DNA of 47,378 nucleotides. Origin: Candidatus Poseidoniaceae archaeon. Lineage in GTDB: Archaea > Thermoplasmatota > Poseidoniia > Poseidoniales > Poseidoniaceae. The notes under the pieces were generated by a model. The model ran no database searches, was not told where the DNA came from, and worked only from the letters and a program-made list of their open reading frames with translations. The stretch is taken from assembly GCA_038125145.1 (NCBI GenBank), contig JAYPDK010000004.1:5505-52882 (forward strand). Reading direction: 5' to 3'. A program made the translations under genes and the position numbers. Below, piece after piece: positions 27,001 through 34,554 of this stretch (positions are counted from its first letter, which is position 1; every line of letters starts with the position of its first letter).

Positions 27001-30000
27001 GGTTCCATACCGCGTGCTGGTTGACCTAGGCCTTGCTCAAGCCAGCCTTGAGGTGGACGACGACCGGGGGGCTCGAACGCTGACGACACAGCAGAACGGG
27101 CAGGTGATGCTGGACGGTGCAGCCCGGTGCACCGCCGCTGCCAACCCTCCGCAACCAGGAGCCCGTCGGTGCAGCATCACCGTCGCGTCTTCCGGAGGGA
27201 CGATTCACGCGATTTCGTCGCTGGTGGCCCTGCACGCCGCGTCGACCCGTTCGGTTCCCGTGCCGCTGGACGTGGTGGACGCCGCCATCGAGGTCCGACG
27301 AAGCACCCTCCCGTCTGCGGTCCACCCGTTGGAAGTCTGGGTGCGAACGACACGCGGAGCCGTGGACGTCGCGCTTCACCTCGACAGCCAATCACGCTTG
27401 TTTGAACAGGTCGTGAGCGTGCCAACGTCGGTGTGGACCCCCGGTCAGACGGTGACGGTCGTGACCGAACACCGTCGCGAGAACCCACGGGATGCTTCCG
27501 CGTCCGTTCCCCTGCTCCGTTCTGCGATGCTCAGCTTCGGTCCCGATCTCGGAACGGCCGTCGGAGTCGTACACGTCGATCGACTCGACGAGGCAACGCC
27601 CGTGTTCCGGCAGGACGCTGGGGCTGGCCTCGCCACCCTTGGCCCGTTGTCCACGGCGTCCTGCTCTGGAACGTCATGCCGCATTGAATGGCACCTGACA
27701 TCAACATGGTCGTTCGACGACGTGTCCAAGCTGGTGTGGTGGACAACGGCGCAAGACCAGGAAGGCTTCACAACAGGGCCTGCAAAGCGCGCCATGTCGG
27801 TCACCGGCAACGACGTCGAAAACGACATCGAACTGGCCGTGCTTGAGCTCGTGGACGACCGTGGGCGCCGTCTTGACGATTGGACCTCCACGTTGTGGCC
27901 GTTTGAAGTCGCCCCGGATACCTCGCTCACCGTGACGGGCCAACTCAGAATGGAAGGCATACCTCAACGTCATCCGTCCGCAGGAAACGTCAGCCTGAAC
28001 GTGGACCTGAACGGCGGTGGATGGAGCAACCGGACGAACGTGATCGTCGAAGACGACGGGTGGTTCACCGCGACGCTCACGTCCCCTTCAACGACCGACG
28101 TCCAAGGTGGGCAGGCCCTTCAGATCGGCATCGATCTCGAGCGATGTGGCCCGATCGGTGCGCCTTCGTCGTCGTGCGAGTTGCGAGGCAACGTCCCCAA
28201 CATCACCGTGGTGCACGACGCATCGCCTCCAAGTGTTCTGTCCATTGAAATCCTCGACCCAGGAGGCCGGCAGCCCGCGGACGGGCACGTCGCGCCTGCA
28301 GACGGGGACGTGGCGCTTGTCTTGTCGGCGGAGGACGACCTTGGATTTGCTTCTCCCATCACGGTATGGACGTGGCTTGAAGCGAGGGACGACCTCAACA
28401 GGGACGGAGAGAGCGACCCGGACGAATGGGTTGCGGTGCAGGTGCCACTTGCGGAGGGCAGGACGGAGGTGGAGCTTGACCTCCCTCTGATCGCCGCACA
28501 GGACGTGATTGAGGCCGGTGGAGCGCTTGGACGCATCCGCCTTGCCGTGGAGGGCGAGGACATCGCAGGCCAACCACTGGTTGGGGGTGGAAGCACCACA
28601 GGAACCCCCCTTGCCGAAGTGCGCCTTGAACCGCGGTACCCGACGACGGTGCCCACCGAACGCCTCCGCCTTGACGCGGTGGATGGTCGGCTCTTCCCGG
28701 GGACGTGGCATGAGTTTGGGTTCGACATCATCGATGCAAACGGCATCACCAGCCTCGATGCACTCGAGGTTGGGTTGCTTGGTCAAGGGTCAACCTCATG
28801 CGTCGTCGTGCATCATCCACGTTCGAACGAAACGACAGCCGACGCCGGATGCTTCCACGGGGCGCCCGACGTGGCCGTGGTGCAGGTCGGACCCAGCACG
28901 TGGGAGGTCGATGTGGGGTTCCGGCTCCGTTGGGACCTTGTTGCATCGCTTGAGGGCGGCTCGTTCGTGCCGTCGTTGCAGGTTCGTGACGAAGGGCAAG
29001 ACCTCGGTCTTGGGCTCCGGCGAATCGTGCCCCTCGAATGGATGGCCCTCCCGAACGTGACCCTCACCTTGGATCGGGTGGTCGACACGACCGCACCGGC
29101 AGGAGGGCTTGAGGCTGGCGTGATTCACGTCGACCGGGGCGATGTGGTGAACCTTGAACTGACCTTGCTTCACGAGGGGACGCTGTACCCCGCTCAACGG
29201 CTGCCTGGTTCGGTGGTGCTTGGTTGGTCGATGACCGATGGGGCACGGGTGGCCGACGGGAGCATCGATGTCCCCGACGATGGGTCTCCTGAGCTTCGCG
29301 TTGCCTTCGACCCATCGGTGTGGGTTCGCACCACTGGCGTGTTCAGCGTGTGGGTTGTTGGCTGGCCTCACGGGAACCTCTCGTTGAACTGGAACGTCAG
29401 CATCGATGAGCACGCGCCGCGTCTTGACATGGGCGGCATTCGCTTCCTTTCGGTGGACAGCGATGCACTGAATGACGTTCCGGTCGAGGTCATCATCACG
29501 GACGTCGAATCCCTCATCCACGACGGCGTTGTTGCACATTGGGTTGTGCTTCGACAAGGACGCGAGATGGACGGAGCACGGGGATCACAACCGCTCGAGA
29601 TGATCGCCATCGAGGGGTCGTCGACAAGGCATGCGACCACGCTGAACATGACCCCCGGCGATGCGTTTGAACTGCGCCGTGGCGATGCATGGCAACTGTG
29701 GTTCACCGCGGTCGACCCTTCCGGGAGAAACCTCGTCGGCCAAGGAACTGCGAGTGAGCCATTCCCCGTCACCATGCGTTGGGTTGCCTTTGAGCCGGCG
29801 TTGAGCTCCCTGATTGCCGCCCCCTATCGTCCACAGGTGGGAGACATGGTGGATGTGTCCTTTGAGGTGGCCAACGCCGGCGTTCTTCCCGGGAGCGTTG
29901 TTGTGCAGTTGTTGGACGACGAGGGTCGCCTGCTCGAGGACACCTCCCTCTGGCTCGAGCCAGGCGAACGGCAGCGTTTGGTCTGGAGCGCGGAGGCGTG

Positions 30001-30241
30001 GCGTGAGGGGGACCTCGGATGGCGGATGACGCTTGACGTCGGGGGCGTGGACGTTCCCGTCCCTCTTGCCGATGTTTCGACGGCCGATTCAACGCGCGAA
30101 GGGCAGGCAGCTGCGTGGGTTGGGCTCGGCGCAATCGCGGTGATGCTTGCGATGCTCAGCCTTTGGCTTGCGAACGCACAGCGGACGTCCGAGTCCACGA
30201 AACCACGGGTCGCCCTCCCTCCTTCCGTCGAGGAAGAATGA
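24020..30241 (+). CDS. Giant (about 2070 aa) cell-surface glycoprotein: three MAM/cleaved-adhesin-like modules, Ig-like stalk, CARDB-like domain, C-terminal TM
   Basis: Signal peptide CLLLILLLLLPTVAPIAAA; modules ending GWVIDDV, GMAIDDL and GWYIDDV; SLDGGFNW and STDDGATW motifs; many N-x-S/T sequons; VGDMVDVSFEVANAG...LEPGE; TM AAAWVGLGAIAVMLAMLSLWL. Confidence 0.85.
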   Translation: MRAMQQRPRTCLLLILLLLLPTVAPIAAASMGPIRAASSPTVTVAPLGGGGGVSASNVTTVEVLDNHTVTSGFLEVGTVWTSVGDNGSQYANDVGNGFSSGVHEGTNGLLRGGRLSLASPGADEDIEDFESPVLMPTGWIAGGSHDRLWSSRNLSSSPVSSLLPSAAVDGNRTLLLGGAQAPLEANMSGCYATPQLQAPAVVRNHTVSFDHAAAMLDGDLRWMEWRSSQSITWSVLPPSTGYPNQNNATFASGLDPNPNAVAAGWASNSALWISESLSLDGRLTSGEGWFQVRFCFATTTSTGNRSGWVIDDVRIQNQGDPGGAWFHGNLSGDYAPDADGWLMIDVDLSNLSAPAEVGFKANWDVEGGWNDGMTTLLSLDGGFNWTLLSPAPGLPGNGLVWQGSWISQTSNGWIDVSYSLPPTTFTSANASSAILAFRVLTDANVNHGGGVADGWEGMAIDDLHVTSLPGQSNQSVRRLSNFTTTPVVGDGVNLSAGNVTNEWTWTTALGANGPSWWNASFESGQLVPRGWSIEHVRGSGWTVGSLNTSSGSGPTSWASGTSGVGIVLDGDYDAESLGYLITPTYILPENASARFTFRSWVCTETDWDGGAVQFSTDDGATWWFPPYDALVHHGRSTLNPYSPLHTEGLFDGSIHPGGCPSRSQAFDAPALDVSNLSGQQFRARFLFFSDTWIEKDGWYIDDVGVEVDRFLEQGTWRSTLLPAPVGDLWGVLDGHASVPPSTTLRVDLVDATGASIEGWQNLSLPVQVTLNTEAYPWLRVRVNMTTTDEQTTPILERLTVGSVVHIDAQHLGAAPPPAVVVTQDGQMTLGIGAYHDLPFLERPVCPHRAARVVVEGQGGALQTSGGVETLVVNGTMERVYDVEWSDVRLRPSVAVRIAPGDALREVRMEVDCLVSAEDLRVGIDAQPHLLLNASAMGYGPHLGASTTFVSLTNASNGSQLWNGSSGALNTTALDASTLEVSWWIQAAPSSGAVPVPYRVLVDLGLAQASLEVDDDRGARTLTTQQNGQVMLDGAARCTAAANPPQPGARRCSITVASSGGTIHAISSLVALHAASTRSVPVPLDVVDAAIEVRRSTLPSAVHPLEVWVRTTRGAVDVALHLDSQSRLFEQVVSVPTSVWTPGQTVTVVTEHRRENPRDASASVPLLRSAMLSFGPDLGTAVGVVHVDRLDEATPVFRQDAGAGLATLGPLSTASCSGTSCRIEWHLTSTWSFDDVSKLVWWTTAQDQEGFTTGPAKRAMSVTGNDVENDIELAVLELVDDRGRRLDDWTSTLWPFEVAPDTSLTVTGQLRMEGIPQRHPSAGNVSLNVDLNGGGWSNRTNVIVEDDGWFTATLTSPSTTDVQGGQALQIGIDLERCGPIGAPSSSCELRGNVPNITVVHDASPPSVLSIEILDPGGRQPADGHVAPADGDVALVLSAEDDLGFASPITVWTWLEARDDLNRDGESDPDEWVAVQVPLAEGRTEVELDLPLIAAQDVIEAGGALGRIRLAVEGEDIAGQPLVGGGSTTGTPLAEVRLEPRYPTTVPTERLRLDAVDGRLFPGTWHEFGFDIIDANGITSLDALEVGLLGQGSTSCVVVHHPRSNETTADAGCFHGAPDVAVVQVGPSTWEVDVGFRLRWDLVASLEGGSFVPSLQVRDEGQDLGLGLRRIVPLEWMALPNVTLTLDRVVDTTAPAGGLEAGVIHVDRGDVVNLELTLLHEGTLYPAQRLPGSVVLGWSMTDGARVADGSIDVPDDGSPELRVAFDPSVWVRTTGVFSVWVVGWPHGNLSLNWNVSIDEHAPRLDMGGIRFLSVDSDALNDVPVEVIITDVESLIHDGVVAHWVVLRQGREMDGARGSQPLEMIAIEGSSTRHATTLNMTPGDAFELRRGDAWQLWFTAVDPSGRNLVGQGTASEPFPVTMRWVAFEPALSSLIAAPYRPQVGDMVDVSFEVANAGVLPGSVVVQLLDDEGRLLEDTSLWLEPGERQRLVWSAEAWREGDLGWRMTLDVGGVDVPVPLADVSTADSTREGQAAAWVGLGAIAVMLAMLSLWLANAQRTSESTKPRVALPPSVEEE

Positions 30242-30268
30242 AAGCGGGTGCGTCCACCGCAGAAACGG

Positions 30269-30350
30269 GCCGGGATTCCCGAGCGGTCAAAGGGGTCGGA
30301 CTCAAGATCCGCTGGCTACGCCTTCGCAGGTTCGAATCCTGCTCCCGGCA
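30269..30350 (+). tRNA. tRNA-Leu(CAA)
   Basis: Acceptor GCCGGGA/TCCCGGC-A, anticodon loop CT-CAA-GA, long variable arm, GCAGG-TTCGAAT-CCTGC T arm. No intron; CCA not fully encoded. Confidence 0.93.
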
Positions 30351-30434
30351 CCTCCTCATGGTCGATGCAGCCGCGAGGCAACCGTGGGGGAAAGCGAAGA
30401 ATGTCAGTCGAGAACGACAAGGAAGCGGAAGAAG

Positions 30435-30518
30435 TGCGGGGAGCAGGATTCGAACCTGCGAACCGTTGAGGACTGCGACCTGAACGCAGCGCCGTTGACC
30501 AAGCTTGGCGATCCCCGC
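30435..30518 (-). tRNA. tRNA-Leu(CAG)
   Basis: Reverse complement: GCGGGGA/TCCCCGC-A acceptor, CTGCG-TT-CAG-GT-CGCAG anticodon arm, variable arm, GTTCGAATCC. Confidence 0.95.
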
Positions 30519-30567
30519 GTGCGAGCCGGGGGCGGTGCCGATGCGTTATCAAGTCACCCCTCGGGCT

Positions 30568-31281
30568 TCAACGTGCCAAGATTTCGTCCACCAGCGGGCG
30601 AAAAGTCGCGCCATGCATGTACGGTGAAACAACAGAGGCAGCGGACATCACCTCAGGGAAAGCCCCACCGACCGCCACCGACCAGCGCGCCACGGCGAAC
30701 ATCGAGAGATCGTTCGGGGCATCGCCTGCGACCAACAGGTCGTCGGCATCAAGACCCATCCGTTTCAACACGACGTCCAATCCCGCACCTTTCGACAAGG
30801 CAGGGTCCATAACATGAATCGCGAAGCCTGTGCGAACCACGTCGAGATGTGCCCAAGGGGAAGCGTGCAACGCCTCGGTGATGGCATCGAGGTCTTCCTC
30901 TGTCTTGAGGCACCATTCTGATTCCCGCCACGTGTTGGTGGTGATGCCCAAGGGGTCGAGCCCCTTGATTCGGGACGCAAGCCAATGGCATGCTTCACGT
31001 GCTTCCTTTCCGTCTGCGCGCAACACGAGGTCGTCGTCACCAAACCACACCACGCCTCCGTTTTCACACACCATTGGACCGCTCAGGCCGATAAAACGCC
31101 ACAAGCCGTAGGCGATCGCTCGGGTGTTCCCGGTGCAAAGGACCACGGGAATGCCCGCTTCTTCGAGGTCACGCAACGCGGTTACCGCTGTGAGGTCGAG
31201 CCGCTTCTTCTCGTCCGTCAAGGTGCCGTCGATGTCCACGGCCACAAGCCGGGGTATCCAAGCATCGGGGAGCCACCTCAT
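30568..31281 (-). CDS. HAD-IIB phosphatase (phosphoglycolate phosphatase, TA0175-type)
   Basis: DIDGTLTD, LCTGN, CENGG, SKGAG and GDAPNDLSMF. Confidence 0.9.
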   Translation of the reverse strand: MRWLPDAWIPRLVAVDIDGTLTDEKKRLDLTAVTALRDLEEAGIPVVLCTGNTRAIAYGLWRFIGLSGPMVCENGGVVWFGDDDLVLRADGKEAREACHWLASRIKGLDPLGITTNTWRESEWCLKTEEDLDAITEALHASPWAHLDVVRTGFAIHVMDPALSKGAGLDVVLKRMGLDADDLLVAGDAPNDLSMFAVARWSVAVGGAFPEVMSAASVVSPYMHGATFRPLVDEILAR

Positions 31282-31362
31282 GGGTCCACCTCGCCTTCGT
31301 CCTCCTTGTGACCTTCGGTGGTGGTGTCCGACCGTTCGGGAGCGAGTATTGATGAGACCCTC

Positions 31363-34008
31363 ATGGAAACGAATACCATGGGTGAAGGCGACGAGGTCTT
31401 CATCTCCATCGGCAGCGGCGCCACCCCTTCCGATGTTCCTCCCGTGCAGGCCAATGCGGCCGCTGCTGTACCCAAAGCATCGGTCCCTTCAGTGGACATC
31501 CTCGATGCAGAAATTGTCCTCGACGCATCGGGCACCCACAGCGTATCGTGGCCGCTGGTCGGCATGGATTGCCCCGATTGTGCATCAAAGGCGACGAGGG
31601 CCCTCGGCCACCTCGAACAGGTCTCCTCGACGGTCGTTTCACCCACGAGCGGTGAAGTCAAAGTCGATGTGGACCTCTCGGTCGGGTCCGTTGCCGAAGT
31701 CGCTCGGGTGCTTCGGTCGCTTGGGCATGCCCCCGATGTCGGACATCAGGTGCTGAAAGGCGTCTCTGCGCGTGAACTTGCGGCCCGGCATGGCATCCCC
31801 GTCGCTCGTGTGGACCGACTGCTTCGCCGTCAACCCGGGGTATTGGATGCTGAAGTCACGCGCGACGACCGCGTGCTGGTGCAACTCGTACCTGAGGCAC
31901 CTTCCGGCCTCGTCATCGACCGAGATGCTGCATTGCACCAGGTGCTGGGCCGCCCTGCCGTGTTTGGCGTCACGTCGTCTGAGCGCCTTCGGCCGGACCA
32001 ACGTCGTCTGGTGGGTGGCACCGTAGCCACGCTTCTCTTGCCCGTGGTGCTCGTGCTTGAGGCGGCGGGGGCAGGGCACGTCGTCGTGGCGTTGGTGTCC
32101 TTGCTCGGTGTTGCTGCTGGTGGGGCTGAAATGGTGATGGAAGCCGTCGCTGGGCTTCGCCAGCGTCAAGTTGGCTTCCAAGTGCTCACGTCCTTGGCCG
32201 TCATTGGAGCCGCCATCCTCGGCATGTGGGAAGAAGCCCTGATTGTCGTGATCCTCGTAGCATTCACGCAACACCTCGAGGGCGACGCCCTCGTCCGGGC
32301 AAGGGAGGCGATGCAAGGTGGCCTCGACCGGCTACCACGCACGGCACGTCGGTCCACGGCACCGCCAAAGCGCATTGGGAACGGGATTCGCCTTTCCTTG
32401 GCCTCCTCTCCCACGTCCTTGTTGACGCACCATGCAACCCCCACCTCGGAGTGGGAAGAGGTTCCGATCGATGTGGTCCGTGAGGGCGACAGGCTCCAAA
32501 TTCGTTCAGGAGAATTGATCCCAACCGATGGCCGAATCGTGAGTGGGCGCGGAAGCCTGGACACGGCGCCCCTCACGGGCGAATCGGTCCCGGTCGACGT
32601 CGACGTTGGCGATGAGCTGAGCGCAGGCTTGGTGCTTCATCGAGGGCCAGTCGAAGTCGAGGTGACCGCGACCGGTGACGACACGCGCCTCGCAGGCTTG
32701 ATCGAAGCCGTGCACACGTTCAGGGAGGAACCACCACGTCTGCAAGGGGCCATCGAGCGGTTCACCGCGATTTGGGTCCCCCTCGTGCTCTTTGGGAGCG
32801 TCGCCATTTGGTGGTTTGTGGACCGTTCCGATTGGAAACTCATGCTCCTGCTGTGGGTCGTTGCCTGCCCGTGCGCGTTGCTGCTCGCAGCGCCAGTTCC
32901 GCACGCAGCGGTGCTTGCCCGTGCTGCGCACCTTGGAGCGATCGTGACCGGTGGCCATGCCATGGAGCGGATGGCTCAGGTGGACCACGTGCTCCTCGAC
33001 AAGACCGGGACCCTGACCAGCGGCCGACCGACCGTCGGCGAGGTGGTGTTGGGCAAGGGCAAGCGTCGTGATGCTGTGCTCCGGCTCGTTGGGGGTCTTG
33101 AGGCAGGATCCTCCCACCCGTACGCACTGGCCGTGCAGGACCTGCTCGCGGCCGAGGGCGTGACGCCCACGGCCGTGACGAACCTTCGTGACGTCAATGC
33201 GGGCGTCGTGGGTCGCTACAGGGGCGATGATGTGGGGCTCCACCGCCCCGACGCGTTGCCCGACGGCGTGGTCTTGGACGACCGCTTGGCCGAAGGACTT
33301 CGTCGAGCGACAGCATCCGGCCATGGCGTGAGCGTGCTGTGCCGAGGTGAGGAGGCCCATGCCTTCCTGACCTTCATCCACGACGACGGGCGCGAGGGTG
33401 CGGACGGCCTCGTCCAGGCCCTCTACCGCCAAGGGGTCAACGTGGAGATCCTGTCCGGCGACCTGCAGTCGGCCGTCGATGCTTTTGCCCAAAAAGTGGG
33501 CATGCCGAACGGCGCTGCGCATGGGGGCTTGTCGCCAGAGCAAAAGGTTCGATTCGTGGAAGAGCGCGGACAAACACATGTCACCATGATGGTCGGGGAC
33601 GGCTTCAACGACGCTGGGGCCCTCGCCAAGGCGGACGTGGGCGTCGCGGTGGGCACTGGAGAGCAGGTCAACCTCGACGCAGCGGACGTGTTGATCCCCG
33701 GTGACGACCCGCGCATGGTCTCCACACTCGTGAAGATGGCCCGCTCGGCACAGCGAACGCTGGCGTTCAACCTGATGTTCTCCATCGGCATCACGGTGGT
33801 GTTGGTCTTCGCTGTGATCAACGGGTGGTACGACCAGTTGTGGGTTGGCGTGCTCGTCCATGAAATGTCGGTCATTGTCGTCATCCTGAACGGCGCACGG
33901 CTCGCAGGCGCGGACGGATGGCTCGATCTGCTGCGCGGCACCTTCCGGGCCCTGTTGGATGACGTGCGTGTATCGCTGAAGTTGGTGGCCGCCCGCTGGA
34001 CGTCGTGA
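31363..34008 (+). CDS. Heavy-metal-translocating P1B-type ATPase
   Basis: HMA motif GMDCPDC, TGES, CPC, DKTGTLT, SSHP, GDGFND and the last-helix motif HEMS...ILNGARL. Start uncertain (31318 to 31378). Confidence 0.95.
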   Translation: METNTMGEGDEVFISIGSGATPSDVPPVQANAAAAVPKASVPSVDILDAEIVLDASGTHSVSWPLVGMDCPDCASKATRALGHLEQVSSTVVSPTSGEVKVDVDLSVGSVAEVARVLRSLGHAPDVGHQVLKGVSARELAARHGIPVARVDRLLRRQPGVLDAEVTRDDRVLVQLVPEAPSGLVIDRDAALHQVLGRPAVFGVTSSERLRPDQRRLVGGTVATLLLPVVLVLEAAGAGHVVVALVSLLGVAAGGAEMVMEAVAGLRQRQVGFQVLTSLAVIGAAILGMWEEALIVVILVAFTQHLEGDALVRAREAMQGGLDRLPRTARRSTAPPKRIGNGIRLSLASSPTSLLTHHATPTSEWEEVPIDVVREGDRLQIRSGELIPTDGRIVSGRGSLDTAPLTGESVPVDVDVGDELSAGLVLHRGPVEVEVTATGDDTRLAGLIEAVHTFREEPPRLQGAIERFTAIWVPLVLFGSVAIWWFVDRSDWKLMLLLWVVACPCALLLAAPVPHAAVLARAAHLGAIVTGGHAMERMAQVDHVLLDKTGTLTSGRPTVGEVVLGKGKRRDAVLRLVGGLEAGSSHPYALAVQDLLAAEGVTPTAVTNLRDVNAGVVGRYRGDDVGLHRPDALPDGVVLDDRLAEGLRRATASGHGVSVLCRGEEAHAFLTFIHDDGREGADGLVQALYRQGVNVEILSGDLQSAVDAFAQKVGMPNGAAHGGLSPEQKVRFVEERGQTHVTMMVGDGFNDAGALAKADVGVAVGTGEQVNLDAADVLIPGDDPRMVSTLVKMARSAQRTLAFNLMFSIGITVVLVFAVINGWYDQLWVGVLVHEMSVIVVILNGARLAGADGWLDLLRGTFRALLDDVRVSLKLVAARWTS

Positions 34009-34039
34009 ACTCCAAGAGGGAGGAGCCCCTGCTCCAGCC

Positions 34040-34432
34040 ATGGACGAGCGGCAGGAGGTCGAATCCTCCGTGGAAGCCCCAGCCCTCAGTTGTCCACGAT
34101 GCAAGGGCATGCTGCCCATGGGCCTCGGCGAGGTAACCTGTGTGTTGTGCGATGCTCGTGTGCGTGTTGACCACCCGGGAACGCGTCGTGCATGGACCGA
34201 GGAGAAGGTCGCCTGCCCTGGATGCAGCAAGGTGTTGGTGGCTGGGGTGGACGACCGCCCCGCGCTGCTTCGTTGTGGCTCGTGCGAGGTGGAATTCCAC
34301 CTCACTCCGAAGCAGGCGAAGATCGAAGTCGCATGCCCAAGTTGCGACCGTCGACTTCGAATGAACCGCAGGCCAGGACGCCGGGAGGTCTCGTGCCCTG
34401 CTTGCGACACCGGATTCGCTGTCAACTTCTGA
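34040..34432 (+). CDS. Zinc-ribbon protein with six CxxC knuckles (three Zn sites)
   Basis: CPRC, CVLC, CPGC, CGSC, CPSC and CPAC in 130 aa. Confidence 0.85.
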   Translation: MDERQEVESSVEAPALSCPRCKGMLPMGLGEVTCVLCDARVRVDHPGTRRAWTEEKVACPGCSKVLVAGVDDRPALLRCGSCEVEFHLTPKQAKIEVACPSCDRRLRMNRRPGRREVSCPACDTGFAVNF

Positions 34433-34554
34433 ACCGGCGGGCTATGCGCCCTGCCAAAGCGAGAGGCTGCGGGCTGTTCGTCAGCGTTCACCTTATCTAT
34501 GAAAAGACGCGGATGTCGTGCCGTTAGCGGCTTTGCCGCTGGGATGGGAACGCC

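Noticed and set aside
28709-28723. HEFGF as a zinc-protease site in the giant protein
   Set aside because: It lacks the second His of HExxH and lies in a strand-like context.
30617-30631. parS-like GTGAAACA
   Set aside because: Only a half-site, inside the HAD CDS. I saw no full TGTTNCACGTGAAACA palindrome in the window.
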